Notes: generated by a model from the sequence alone, not told the origin. Positions 1 through 13,200 are shown, counted from the first letter of the stretch. The stretch is DNA of 48,478 nt from Trypethelium eluteriae (GCA_051942245.1 JAVECL010000123.1:1-48478), one strand, 5' to 3'. Program-made: numbers and translations.

Positions 1-2206
1 TATCTCGCCAAAGAACGCACTCCGCGGCCCACCACTGACCTTCATCTCCCCCTTCTCCCCATCAAACACAATACTATTCCCCTCCGCGCCCTCGCCCTCT
101 CCAGACGGACCGACACCGGGGTACAGCAGGCTGGTCAAGCGCACGCGCCCGTTCGGCAGGAAGTCCATCTTCCAGCCGAGCACGCTCGCGACCGCCTCGC
201 GGAACTCGGACGACTTCGCCGCGAAGATCTGGCGCAGTCGCAGCATCTTCTTGTCGCGCAGCTCGACCTCCTTCTGGAGCGAGGCGATGTCCGCTTGGGC
301 GCCGGCGTACGTTGGCCAGGGGACGGATTTCAGGCGACGCTGGGTGCTGCGTCGGTTGGTGGGCGCGTCGTCGTTGTCGTTGTCATCGTCATCGTCGCGA
401 GAGGAGCCGGCCGCCTGGAGCTGCTCGAGCAGTGCCGCGTTCTCTTCTTTGAGACGGGTCAGGGTACTGAGTTTAAGGGCTTCGGCGTCTGTCGTCGGGT
501 TGGAGCGGAGCTCGAGGATGCGGGTTCGGGACGACGATTTGAGGGAGGTGAGCTGAGTTTTATGGGCGGCGAGATCTTTCTCAAGGACTGTGTTGCGGGT
601 TTGCTGGGCAGTGAGCGCTTCTTGGAGGGTGCGAGTTTTGTGGCGTAGCTCTTCCAGGCGTCGGGAAGGTGCCTCGTCGAGTTCTGGGCTATGAGACGTT
701 CGCTTGCGCTTGGAGCCTGGGGTCGGTGCGGCGTTCTCCTTGTCTTCTTGCGCTGATAGCTGGGTATGCAGAGATTGGAGTTCTGAGCGATGCTGATCCA
801 ATAGATCTTCCAGCTCCTGTATTCGCACGCTTTTCTGCGCATCGTATTTGTCCGGTTGAAACTCACTCTCTTCAGCGTCGAAATTTTTTAACTGTGCTCT
901 CAGATATTCGACTTCCTTCAAGGCTAGCGTTCGCTGTCGTTCGAGGCGAGTCCGAGTTTTGCTGTCCGTCGCTGTATTGACAAGCGATATCTGCTTTTCG
1001 AGTTCGGCAACTACTTTTGCCTTTTCTTCTTCTAAGTCCTTGATCAATCCATCCTTGGGCGCGTTGTCTGCTTTAATAGCTCCCAGCTGCTCGATCAAGG
1101 ATGCCTTCTCGACTCGCTCGTTGATGAATGCTCGCGCCATATCTTCTGGGGACCTGAAATGGAGATCACCGTCGTCCGATCGTTCATTTTCCAGATAAGA
1201 GGACCAAGACTCCCTCTCGTCTTCTAACATCTGTTTCTGCAGCTGCGTCTCGCCAAGTTCTTTCCTCAGGTCATTCATGACCAGCAATCTATTCTCTAGT
1301 GACCGTTTCTCTTCTTCCACAACCTCAATGCTCTTGTGCTGCTTCCGCAGTTGCTTCAATTCACCAAGTTGATCCCGATTCGTCGACTCAAGCTTCTTGA
1401 TGTGCGCCACCTGATCTGACAACTCCCTTTTGATAAGTGCTAGTGTATCCGTATCACCAGCCTGTGCTTTCAGCCGCATGATCTCTGACTCCAGGTCTTC
1501 AACTTCAGTCTCTCGTTGAGATAACCGCTGTTGAGTCGCTTGAAGTAGATCGACTTTGGCATTGAGATCTTGTCGCAACTCTTCAAAGCCTCTCTGGACC
1601 GCGTCAAACTTTGTCTGTAGCTCATCGTACTTGTGGTCACTGCTTCGCTCTTGCGACTCCAGTTCCCCCCGCGCCTCTGCAAGCTCTTCAGTGATATTTT
1701 GATTGGAATCTAGCGTAGATCGGAGCTTGCGCTCGAAGTCGGCTTTCTCATTCGCGGCTCGATCCTGTTCCTCTCTTAGCTCCTGCATGAGGGCATCGTA
1801 TCTCTTTGTTGCATGGCTGCCAGTGGATTCCGCGGCCTGTCCTGTGTTAGCTTTGCAACAGTCGATTTGAGGTCTTCGCCGTATATACTTGTGCGCGTCT
1901 AAAGTCTGCCTCAGCTTTGTTTTGTGTATCACGTAGCTCTTGTTCATGTCGTAGTAGAGTAAGTTCACGCTCTTGTTTCAGAGATTCTAGCTCGTATTGC
2001 AAAGTGTTGATTTGAGCTCTGAGGTCCTCGTTGGAATGGTCTGAACAGATCAGTATAGGTTCATTAAAATATGGAATGAACAAACCTGGCTTCGCAATCT
2101 GAGATTGTCTAAGAGTTTCGCGCAATGGCTGTCGAGAAGGAGGTCGTGTTGGAGAGGACGCGCCTGTAAGGAAATCGTATGTTGGCTGCTGGTTTCTTGC
2201 GGCCAT
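1..2206 (-). CDS. MAD1: Spindle assembly checkpoint protein Mad1 (3' end runs off the window)
   Basis: ATG at 2206 (MAARNQQPTYDFL). Introns about 2041-2085 and 1837-1888. Long coiled coil, with a C-terminal segment DKKMLRLRQIFAAKSSEFREAVASVLGWKMDFLPNGRVRLTS...IVFDGEKGEMKVSGGP (read at about 10-260) typical of the fungal Mad1 C-terminal domain. Confidence 0.9.
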
Positions 2207-2677
2207 CTTGCTGATTGTGACTTTTCGCGCTCCTGCGATGGCTTCGCTACGGGGACGCGACGGTATTGTGGTGACTGGAGCAAGTTGCGACAGCTCATTG
2301 GTCGAGTGACGTGTGGCGGTTGTCGTGTTGCGCAACAACGCCTCCTACAAAACACGAGATTGAAGCAACATCACGTGCTGCAAGCAAGGATAATTAGACC
2401 GTAGACATATGCTTCCAACATGGACTCTGATTAAAATATTAGATAGCTGATCGGTGTGTCATTCCATCTCAACTCGCATCATATGCTTGTCAAATGAAAG
2501 AAAGAAGCTGAAAATCGCAGGTATTAGGTCGTTGCCGCTTTGCTTCACCAAGCCATTCTGCAAACAAAGAAAGCTATCAATCCGGCACAATGCCCGTGGC
2601 CTACTCGTACTCCACCCCGGCGCCAACTTTTTCCCATAGCTTAGCGCAGTCTGCTTCCTGCGCATTTGCCTGAAATA

Positions 2678-3703
2678 CTATAGCTTCATGAGCTCTTCTT
2701 TTACATTTGAAACATCCACACCTGCCTTCTCTTGTAGCTGGAGCATGTCGCCAATTAGGCTCACAAGGCCTTCGACCTTGCGTTTCACATTGTCGAATTC
2801 ACAGACGGGAACCATATTGAGATAGCGCTCGTTCGTTTCATTGGAGACTACTGGATCGCTCCGTATAAAGCTGCCTGCAAGAGCTTCGTTGCTGCCATTA
2901 GGCCTCAAGGCCCCAGCTTGCTCGTGATTGTGAGAATCTAGCTGCGGAGAGCTATTCCCTGAGAGATGATGATCCTTCAGTCTACTAGCTACCACCTCGA
3001 CAGAACCATCGTAGGGACCGGAGCGAGGTGAGTTGCGCAAGCAGAAGAGTAAGCGGTTGCGGTAGTGAGCGGAAGAGGTCAATGAGGGATCCCGGGCATG
3101 GTCGTCATCAGCTAAATTGCTAAGACGAATGAGGTCTCGGCGAAGTTCGGCCTGAACTTCATCGTGCCAGTCAGAATGTTCACGAACGCCGTTAGCTCCA
3201 TTGGCGGGAGAAAGTTCACCACTGTAGCGTTTGTCGTGCGCCTCATCTAATGGAGCAGTGTGAGAAGCTTCTACCTTACTCGAAGTTTTCTCGAGCTGGC
3301 ACTGACCTAGAATGACGGGGACGTCATCATGCTCGACCTCACTTCTTTCCTCGGCGTTCGATTGCGTGGTCACCGAGTACCTGCTCGGGGGTAGTGGCTC
3401 AATCTTCTCATCGATACTTGGTAGGTTGTTGACGACAGCTCGAATGTGACTAGCAGGTGTGCTGCTACGGGGTGTATTCTCCGGTACGAAGGTCGGTTGA
3501 CCCAATCCCCCATCGGCTAGAGTTATTGCAAGACGTTCGTCAACGTCGTCTAGATCAGGGTTATGCTCGCTCGCTGCTCCCCATACTGACTGCGTGTCGG
3601 GGGTATTATGCGGAGGTCCTCTCAGGCTACTGACGCTCTCAGCACGGAAGCGGTTGCTGCTAGACAGGCCAGAATCGGCTCGGGTACGTTGCAGTTCCAT
3701 CAT
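2678..3703 (-). CDS. Hypothetical protein (about 341 aa, largely low-complexity, short helical C-terminus)
   Basis: Uninterrupted ORF with first ATG at 3703. A CT-rich tract lies upstream on the minus strand (about 3950-4100). No family recognised. Confidence 0.6.
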   Translation of the reverse strand: MMELQRTRADSGLSSSNRFRAESVSSLRGPPHNTPDTQSVWGAASEHNPDLDDVDERLAITLADGGLGQPTFVPENTPRSSTPASHIRAVVNNLPSIDEKIEPLPPSRYSVTTQSNAEERSEVEHDDVPVILGQCQLEKTSSKVEASHTAPLDEAHDKRYSGELSPANGANGVREHSDWHDEVQAELRRDLIRLSNLADDDHARDPSLTSSAHYRNRLLFCLRNSPRSGPYDGSVEVVASRLKDHHLSGNSSPQLDSHNHEQAGALRPNGSNEALAGSFIRSDPVVSNETNERYLNMVPVCEFDNVKRKVEGLVSLIGDMLQLQEKAGVDVSNVKEELMKL

Positions 3704-4410
3704 TGTGGCGTGTGCTCGACGGTAGGTGGACGAACAATCAGATCGCTCAGACTGATCCAAGTCCGGTAGCTACCTCGACCAAGAATGCCGGACGAGGCGT
3801 ACTTTCGCCTGGAGAGGTTTGCGGATGGACCGTGCAGATTGGATAAAAGTTGGAAGAAATCGAATAATTGGATGGGGCGTGTATAGGTCTGTGTGAACGA
3901 GCACCTAAATTGTGGGCAAGAAGCCACGAATGATGAGGTACTAATGTGGGGTGAAGGAAAATCCGGAGAGAGGCGAGTGGAAGAAGATTGTGGGGTCACG
4001 CGCGGTGAATGGATGGTCGATGAGGTAGGCGCGAGGTCGAAGGGCCGCCTGTCGCGGCAAGAGTGTGTTGTGGAGGTGAAAGAAAGGAAGCCACAAGCAG
4101 TGACGGCAGTCAACAACAACACGCAAACACCTTTGTTACGTAACACTCCTTCAAAGCATCAGTGCGAACGGGGGCTCAAACCAAAGTTGCGTTACCACTG
4201 TTTGGATGAGGAAACAAAGCACAACCCACATTCTCGTGAAGATCTCTGGGACTGGGTGGTGTACAGCATCCGGAGTGTTGAGAGCGTCCGGCCACTCACT
4301 GAGAAGCATTACTCATCTACACAGACTGTCAGATATTCTTGGCGCCTCCAGATAGGTATTAATGACAATGCCATAACGCTTCAATTTAATGTGATATAGC
4401 CTCGCCCGTT

Positions 4411-5346
4411 TCACGCGGCATTTTGCGCGCGCATTCGCATAGCAGAGTCCAATCCCGACGTTGTGCGAAAGACAGATGTTGATGATGGCAGATCGTGAAG
4501 AGCAATCCCGTTAACAGACTCTCGAGCTGTTCGTCCGTGTCGTCTTGAAGTTCTTGCAGACGCGCTATCCTTCAGTTTCTGTCGTAACCATGGTGTGAGA
4601 TTGTAAAATCCTCCTGCAATGAATACGCCGATCCATAGTGCAAGTTCTGTCCCGTATATGACCATACCCAGAATATCAAGCTTTGGCTGGAAAAGGATAG
4701 ATATCAGCGACGTCAGATCACCCATCGCGTCAATTCCAACAAAGATGAATGAAATGCCCCTGACAGTGCGATGCCGGTAGATGTCCAAGTAATGTTGTAA
4801 GACTCCAGAAGCAAGCAAGACTGCGGAGAGAATTGCCATTAGCGTGATCGGCCATTCTCGCCCTCTGTCTCTGGCGATTCGAAGAGCAATGATAAAGCTT
4901 GCTTCGATGCCGCCCATGAGAGTGGCCAAAGGAAGTGTAACACCGAGTGCTCGGAAGATCGACCATTGCTAAAGCACGTCAATACAAAACAGAGCCTTTC
5001 TTTTCATATCACTAACCTTCTCGTAATAGTAACATTGCATCCATGTTATCAGACTCAATGTCGTTAATATCTGCGGTTGAATTTTTAAGGCGATATCGAA
5101 GTCTTCCACGATATTGTATATTCCAAGGGGCACGCCTGCCCATGCCCAGAGCATCATCATTGATGACTGAAGGCCGGTTGTATTATGTCTCCGATAGTTG
5201 ATGACAATTTGTGGTAGAAGCTATCCTTTGTCAGAAAATTCCTACTAGCACCATCCAGTCCACAGTTTTCAGGTAAGTTCTACTTGAGTCGACCAACAAA
5301 CGGCCCCAAGTGTCCCCAAGACATTTGCTGCGATGGGAACATCCAT
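4411..5346 (-). CDS. PQ-loop repeat membrane protein
   Basis: MDVPIAANVLGTLGAVCWSTQ|LLPQIVINYRRHNTTGLQSSMMMLWAWAG is a PQ-loop motif. Introns about 5221-5283 and 4969-5016. Multiple hydrophobic helices. Confidence 0.85.
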
Positions 5347-6066
5347 CTTCGCCTGATCGATCCTTGGAAATCAGCCCAAGGGCTAGAGTATGACAAGCGA
5401 CTCCGCAGAGTGAAACACAAGCCGTGCCCAAGCGTTTGTCACGCAATCTGTCCAGAGGTGATTGTTGAGTCGTTGACGATTGGCTGGGTGTAATTTTGTG
5501 GCGAACTGTACTTATTGGAAACCACGCAAAGTAGAGAAATGGAGATTCATAAGGCAATCTTTCATAAAAGTATTAGATGCCGATTCAGACCGGGAATTCT
5601 TCAACGCTGATCTCGGGATCATGTGATGTAGCATGCGGGATCGTCTACCAAAATGGCTCTATGCTCAGAGATCTTGGCAGCGATAAGCAGAAGGTCGGCC
5701 TCTTCCACGAAACTGATGAAATCACGACCCTGAAGTCTCACCAGCTGCCGAAATGTAGGTAGTGAGTAATCGATCTTATTGATTTGTATTTCTTATTTCG
5801 GCCGTTTTCGACGACAACATGGACACCAGACGCTGGAGCTGGATGTGCCTTACTACACCTAAGAGACGTCACGTCGAAACGGCGAAAAGGCGAAAACTCG
5901 ACAGCGCTAAATGCCATCTAATAGCTTGTTTTGTCGTAAAAGACAGTATCTATGCAAAATTGGTATCACAAAAACCAGCGTCACCCACCCCAATGCATTA
6001 ATGTTGACATTCAAGAACGATTTTCCACATTGTACAATCCAGAGGTCCTGATATGGTAAGAAATGC

Positions 6067-7894
6067 TTATTGGTCATAATGAGCGTGCTTCTCTCGCTCA
6101 GCTTCTTCGTAGGCAATACCGTGGCGGTCACCACCGATTCCGGTGTGTTCATTACCACTGCTCTCGCTTGGCTCCTTACCCTCGAGCATTTGCTGGTGCT
6201 GAGGAATGCCGTGGCGGTCGCCCTGTGGAATCAGGTGGTCGCTTTGATGAGGCTCGTTCTTCGCTGGGGTCCAGGCAAGATAATCACGTCTGACCTCAAC
6301 GTAATCATATGCAAATTCGCCGAGCTGGTCGTCATCCATACCGAGCAATTCGGCTTCCTCTGAAGCACGGAGGTGCAGGCCAGGGATCTTGTCGATGGCG
6401 AAAGCCAGGAGGGCGCTCATGACGAAAGCCCACCCAGTGGCAGCGCAGATATAGGCGAACTGTTGGTAGAGTTGCTTGTAGTTGTGTTCGATCCAACCAC
6501 CTTTGATACCGACGCTAGAATAGACGTTGACGCCATCAAGACCGATGATATAGCTCGCGGCAAAAATGCCATTGGCGAGCAAACCAAGCATTCCCGCTAT
6601 TCCGTGTTCAGCAAATACGTCCATGGCATCGTCGATTCTGATCCAATATTTGACTGAAATCATTCCATTAGCAACGAGACGAGCGACGAAAAGGGGTGTG
6701 AGCTTACTTTTGGTACTGAAGTTGCATACGACACCAGTAATAATACCAAGGATGACACTAGCCCATGGAGTAATGAACCCAGAGGCCGGAGTGGCAGCAA
6801 CGAGTCCAGATATGCAACCGGAACACCAGCCGACCATAGACCACTTGCGAGCCAACCTCCAGTCAAGAAGAACCCATGCGATTGCGCCGAACATAGCCGT
6901 CAGGTTGGAATTCCAGCAAGCCATGGTTGCACGCAGATTTGCACCAAATGCAGAGCCACCATTGAAGCCGAGCCAGCCAAACCACAGGAATACAGTTCCT
7001 AGGGTAATTAGGGAGACGTTATGGGGTCGGAAGTTTAACATCATCTTCTCCTGGCGTCTGCCAAGGATCCAGGAATAGGCTAGAGCAGATAAGCCAGATC
7101 CGATTTCGACAGGTCCACCACCGGCGTAGTCTAGAACACCCCACTTGTATGCCCATCCTTCGTAACCCCATGCCCAGTATGCGATCGGACAGTAAACGAG
7201 GGTCGCCCAGCAAAAGATGAAAACCAGGGCCGGAATAAGTCGGCCTCTTTCAGCAACTGCTCCCATAACAATCGCAGCGGTCGTGGCGCAAAATTGCATC
7301 TGGAACATAGTCAGTCGGTCGCCATCTCATTATGTGTTTTCTTTTCCCGCCTACCTGGTAGAATGAATACAGCAGCTCTGGAATAAGGGGGCTGCCAGGA
7401 CTGGGGTTTGCAAGCGTATTTTGTAAACCGAAGTGCTTCAAGTCTCCAATGAAACCGTTGTTGGCATTGCTGCTAAATGCCAAAGAATAGCCCCAGAAAT
7501 ACCATTGGAACGTAATGACGGAAAAAGAGCCCATGCACGCCCAGATCATACTCAAGGCGGATTTCCGTCGTGCCAGTCCAGAATATAGAAACCCGAGTCC
7601 TGGAATCATGACCAACACCATAGCCGAAGCTATGATGATGTATGCTTGATCTCCCGCTTGGAACCATTGATTCAGATTGTCGTTTTCTAAGGGAATTAAG
7701 TGGTCAGTAGAGACTTCTGAGATTTTGCTTGTACATTAAAAGTAGTAATATGTGAGAATTGTGCTCTGTCCAAGTTTGCACGTGATGAAAGTCAAGATGC
7801 TAAAATGACAGGAACTCGACTCACTTGAATCTCCTCCATCACCTCCAGTATAATTTGCATTGAGGGTTGGTGCCCCGACCCATGTGTACGACAT
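6067..7894 (-). CDS. meaA: Ammonium transporter, Amt/Mep family (MeaA/Mep1-like)
   Basis: Family motifs FQWYFWGYSLAF, DYAGGGPVEIGSG, LWFGWLGFNGGS and DDAMDVFAEHG. ATG at 7894 (MSYTWVGAP). Introns about 7687-7825, 7300-7354 and 6654-6707. The family call is firm; the orthologue name is tentative. Confidence 0.93.
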
Positions 7895-7949
7895 CTTGAC
7901 TAAAGAGGCTTAGACAACCTTCACGCTGGGGCTCTCTCCGAAAATTTAT

Positions 7950-9960
7950 TTGGGATAAATGATGGCGCGGATAATTTGGGTCACTGGTTGGGACATCCGA
8001 CCCCTTCCGTCGGTACCAGGTGTTGAAGTTGAACCCTAAAAAGAGAATCACGCAAAGTTGGAACCCTTCGACGGTGGAGGCACGAGGGAAGAGATGGAGA
8101 ATACAAGAAGAGGGACAGGGAAGAATAATATAGAACATGAATCTGGGGCTCTGGGCCCAAAGACCCGGTCATCAACCAGCATCTGCACGGTAAGAGGTAC
8201 CATGCAAGTACAACACCAATTCCTTATCTATCCTTGGCGTGGAGGCCCTTTGTGGGTCGACAACTCGACCGACGCTACTAGGTAGACCGGGATTGATGAG
8301 CGGCTCAGTGCCACAAGGATCTCGTGGGGAACGAGGCCTAAGCGATGACACGCGAGTCTCCATAATTCGACCAGATGGCGTGGAGTGCTACACGATAGAC
8401 TGCATCGTTAGGCTTCTGGTACCAGTTCAACGCTTGATACTAAACGAGCAGACTCTTTTGCCGTATAGCGGATGAATGACCTCGCACAAATATGATTGTA
8501 TTTCTTCCAAGTTTGCCACCAAGGAAAGTAGAACCCCCCAGATCCCAGCGCTGAATTTGCAAACAATCTTAGCTCACTCGAGAGTCCATTACGAACTTGG
8601 CGCGGGATGCCCTGCGGGAAGTCTGGGGATCAGAAAGGGGAATTGGGAGGTCCATCCATTCGCCTGGCAAATTCCTTATCAGTCCGCATTGTTCAGTTGT
8701 CAGCAACTTACGAAACCGTTGTCGGCCCCCGAAGTCGGGACCTATCCGCTAATGGTAAGATGGCACGGGGGCTTTACCAAAATGGCTCTGGAGGATGCGA
8801 GTCATCTTGTCTCTCATTCGTTACTCAGACGTCACTGATAAGAGCTCTTGGGTTTCTGCAATTATTGGTGTATTGTCAGCCTGAAACCGAACAACAACGA
8901 GCGCCCTTCGATAGATAGGTTTTGTGGCGCTCGATCGAAGGAAATGCAAGGCCCAGATCTTCGATCGAGCATCAAGATCTCGTTTCAGCCGTACTGCTTA
9001 TCGTGAAGATTCCAGAGTACCTGCGGAGGTCCTCGAGGAAGTGGTGTCGAAGTCGATAACAATCGATGCAGTATCATTCGATGCAGGCCTTGGATTGGGA
9101 CGAGCCTCACTCGAAGCACACCCAACAATCTGGAAATGCACTTTAGTCAAAACCTTACTGCAGCTTAGCGGCCCGAGCCAGCGAGATTCCTGGCTGCGCA
9201 TCGCCCTGATCCTGTCAAAGATAAGACGCCACCACGCGATGACGCCCTCGTTTGTGGAGAAATGACCTGGGGAATGGTGGGAATGTTCCGAGGAGTTATT
9301 AGTTGCAGGAGGACAGAGATTCCACTCGGTGCACTCGTTCCACTGCTGCTCCCGCCATCCCAAGATCTAGAAACACTAGAGGTGGGCAATCTTTTTTTAA
9401 TTCCTCGAGTTCGGGAATTCTAGGAAGAATTAGCGATGTCAGCTTCTATTTGGCATTAGAAAGACAGAGAAAAAATGGTACAGCAGTGATGATTAAATAT
9501 GAATGAGAGAAGAAAGCGCTATCTATCAAACAGCAGCCATATCTCTACTCCGCTAGGCTGGGAAGTGTATCCATATCTTCAAGCCCAGCCATTTGTTGCT
9601 TCCACTACATACTGCCTCCTTTTCGTGTGATGGGACCTGATATCGCCAGCATTGCCTTGCTCATCCACAGCAGCATATCGTTCTTCATGTCCAGGAGTTC
9701 AAGATCATCTGGAGCGAAATTGGAGAAGCGAACCTTCAGGTGGGAACACCAGTTCAGAGAAGACAGGACGAGATAATCCCTCCAGACTATGTAAGATGTC
9801 GTCACAGGGACGAAATACACGAGGCCCGCAGTACAGAACAAGCCAAATAGACCTTATCGTTCTCCTAAGATGCGTTTGGAGCCGCCGCTCTGTCCGCATA
9901 GACGCCCCGGAAATCAAGGTGATACTCATCTACACATCGTTACTTCCACAGAGATAATGG
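7950..9960. promoter_or_regulatory. Long upstream region of the ammonium transporter with many GATA (AreA/NIT2-type) sites
   Basis: GATAA/GATAG on either strand at about 7954, 7970, 8224, 8394, 8676, 8837, 8910-8918 (tandem), 8998, 9055, 9220, 9519-9527 (tandem), 9772, 9854 and 9953. Confidence 0.6.
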
Positions 9961-10249
9961 TATATGATATTTTTAGGTCCGGATTCCTAAAAATCCTAGA
10001 CTACTATATCAATTTAAGAGTACAGGACAGGGATGGTGTTAGCGAGCTGTAGTCAAAAAGGGAGGCTGAACAATGGACGAACGGGCTTGACATCATGAGA
10101 CGTGGAATAATCATGACAAGTATCGATTGTCTTTCTGGCATTCTCAAAAGTATCCCACAACAGGAGTATCCAGTGCAACTTCGCGTCCAGTTCAGACCTT
10201 CCTAGCCTTAGGGTTGGCTCTTCGGGCCACCAAATAATCATACAATGGG

Positions 10250-13200
10250 CTAACCATCTACCTTCGTCTCCCTCACGCCGTTTTTCTCTACTGCCGCTCT
10301 CAATGAGCCCAGGAGCTTCTTCCTTCCCTCAGCTTTCTGATTGAACCTCTGCACGTCTTCTTCTAGAACCCCGCTCATCTTCTTCCTTGGCGTAGCTACA
10401 CTGCCATTGCTCCGAACGCTGGCCCCTAGGGCGCTCGCCCCCAGATTTCTCCGTGCCATCGGACTCGAATGAACGCTCGCGCTTCCTACACTTGGCGAAT
10501 AATCCAGCGCATACGTACCAGGCATGATACTTCTCCTCATCTCGGGCGTCCTAAACAAGGCCGACGAGCTAGTCGAAGCCGGTGGCGCCGCGAATGCCGC
10601 AAACTTCCCCCTCGAATTCGGAGGCGTGCGAAACGGGCTGGAGCTCTCATCTTCCCTCTGGCTCAACCGCGGGCTCTCCCCACCGTCAAGACTCAACCCC
10701 GCCATCCCCTTCCTCACCTTCCGCATCTGCGCCTCCAGAACCGTCACATCATTATGCCGCTTCTCCACCATCCCCGTCATCTTCTCGATCGTCCGCCTCA
10801 CCGCCTCCACCGTCGGCACCTTCCCCCTCCGTCCCCTTTCCGCATCCGCATCTGCGCTCGCCTCCACCTCCGCCAGCTTCGCCCGCAACACCGACACCCC
10901 TTCCTCCGTCTCCAGCAAGCCCTTCTGAAACGCGGCAAACGACCGCCGCAGCTCCGCCTGCTGCACCCCCTGCTCGGCGCTCAGCGGCTGCGCCCTCTGC
11001 GCCGCCACCCTCGCCGGATCGGCGCGCGCATCCAGCGCCGTTCGCACATCGCGGGCGCGCGCCCGCAGACGCTGCGACTCGCGCTGCAGCTCTGCCAGCT
11101 CGCTGACTTTCTCGGAGACAGAGGTGAGGCGGCCCTGCTCGAGCTCCTCGCCTAGCGCGTCTTCCATGTCGCGCAGGTCTGTCAGCTCGACAAGCGTCCA
11201 GTCGTCGAAGGCACTGTCGCTGTTGTTGTTGCTATCGGCGTCGAGGTCGGCGAGGTCGCGGCCGCCGTCCTGACTGAGCTGGTGCTGGCCTTCGATCCAG
11301 GCGTGGAGAGCGCGGGCGTTCAGACCGAGCGTGTCGAGCATGGAGTTGATGTCGCGGTAGGTGCGCTCCATCTGGCCGAGGAGGCCTGTCTTGACTTCGA
11401 GGCCTGCGTAGTCTTGGTGCGCGATGAAAGGGTCGAGGGTGAGGGTGGGTTCGATATCGGTAGCGAGGAGCTGCCGGATGCGCTCGTCTTCTTCATCCTG
11501 GAGGTCTGAGATCTCGGGTTCAGGTGAGGGTGGTTTCGGTGTGGCTTGCTGGAGATGAGAGGGCGCGTGGGGTTGAGGAGTTCGCGCGCCGGAGACGCCG
11601 AAGAAGCTGGAGCGGGAGGCAGGGCGCTCGCTACGGGAGGTAGGTCGAGATGGGGGTCGGCTTCCTCCTAGTGGAGGGACAAGGGGTTTGCCGGACGGGG
11701 CTGCTGGAGTTGTGAAATTACGAGTAGGACTTGGTGACCGCGGGCTGGCAATAGGACGAGAAGTTGGAGGAGGAAAATTAGCTGCAGGGGGCTTGGGGAA
11801 ACCGAATGGCGTGTTAGAGGGCTGTTGTGGCTTCTGAGTTTCAGATTCCTGAGGTGGTTTCGATTCTGGCGTGAAGGAGAAGTCGGGTTTGGTTGCAGGC
11901 GTCGAGTCTGGTGGGGCCTCCTTTGGTTTCTCTCTCATTTGATCTAGATTCTCATCGGGCACATCGGAAAGCGGAGAAGAACCCTCACCAAGATCAACGG
12001 GAGGACTACCCGCCAGTGGAGGAAGTTCCTCAGCTTTTGGAGGCTCTTCTTTTGGAGGAGCAGTGGCCAATTTGGGGCCTCCTACTCCTGGAGGCATATT
12101 GGCATTCATTTCCAGTTGCTTAGCCCTGAACTTTGCACTCGTTGGATCAGGGGGTAGCGGAGCATCAGTAACGTCGGCCACTGCCTCTTGTTGAACGAGT
12201 GGCGCGGGGGTTTTGGTAGGTTCTGAAGCTTTGGGTGGAGAAGCTGGAGTAGTTGAGATTTCTGAGACTTTAATCTCTTCGGGTTCTTTCTTTATAGGCG
12301 TTGTGGGCGCTTTTTGCGCCTCTTGTAGCGCATCTCCTAGGCCCATGCTAAAGAGCCCAGCGGTCGGATCCTTGGGCTTCGGTAAGTCATCTTTTGCAGT
12401 TCCATCACCTTTGAATGCGGAGTCGAGCCTGAACCCTCCAGAGCTGAGTCCGAAGGCACTTTGCGATGATGTGGCCGCTTTCTCCGTAGTAGCGCTGTCA
12501 TCGCCCATCTGCATCTCCTGATTCTGGGTCTGAGGCTGGGTAGCTCCCTGTGTACCAAAAGCGGCAGAGCTTGTAGATGGCGTACTCCAGGCCGACAAGC
12601 CGCTACTGAGTGTGGATGGCTGACCGAATGAGCTACCTGAGACCGTTGAGCCAAGATCAACTGTAGAGCCAAAGCTAGGTTCTGGTGTCATACCAGGAGG
12701 TTTATTTTGATTGTTGTTGTTTCCAAGGTTTGCGGAAGAGAAACCACCTTGGTTTTGACCTACAGAAGTGAAGGGTGAAGACGAAGAAATGTTTGAGAAC
12801 GGAGACGCAGCAGACTTGTTGTCACCCAGCTTGGCAAATGGTGAAAAGCTTACAGCAGCGGTTCCTCCAAAAGGATTTGCTGGTTTCTCACCTGAATCTC
12901 CCGATTTATTGGAAGTAGCCCAAGGGGAAGCTTTGTTGCCAAGATTGTTAGCCGAGCCAAAAGCGGAACCGCCAGAAGCACCTGACATTGCCGAAGGCGA
13001 CCCGAAGCTTGGTTTCTGTTGTGAAGGTTGCCCGAAAGACGATGTGGGTTGTGAAGGTTGACCAAAGGCAGGTTGACCAAATGAAGGCTGGCCGAAGGAA
13101 GACTGGCCAAAAGCCGGCTTTCCAAATGCTGCACCGCCAGTCTGGGCGAAGCCAGCCTTCGATGGTGTACCCCATGGAGACGGCTTATTCATGCTGGGAG

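Noticed and set aside
8031..10216. AACCCTAA at about 8032 (+) and TTAGGGTT at about 10208 as a possible telomerase RNA template or telomeric repeat
   Set aside because: Single 8-mers that do not extend to TAACCCTAA and are not tandem. They lie in the leader or 3'UTR of neighbouring genes, and no other telomerase RNA features were recognised.
10469..11155. Long antisense or alternative-frame ORFs (also 251-648, 16685-17170, 25354-25791, 35020-35526, 43907-44506)
   Set aside because: They overlap well-supported genes within the GC-rich skew islands, where stop codons are depleted. The translations are low-complexity shadows.
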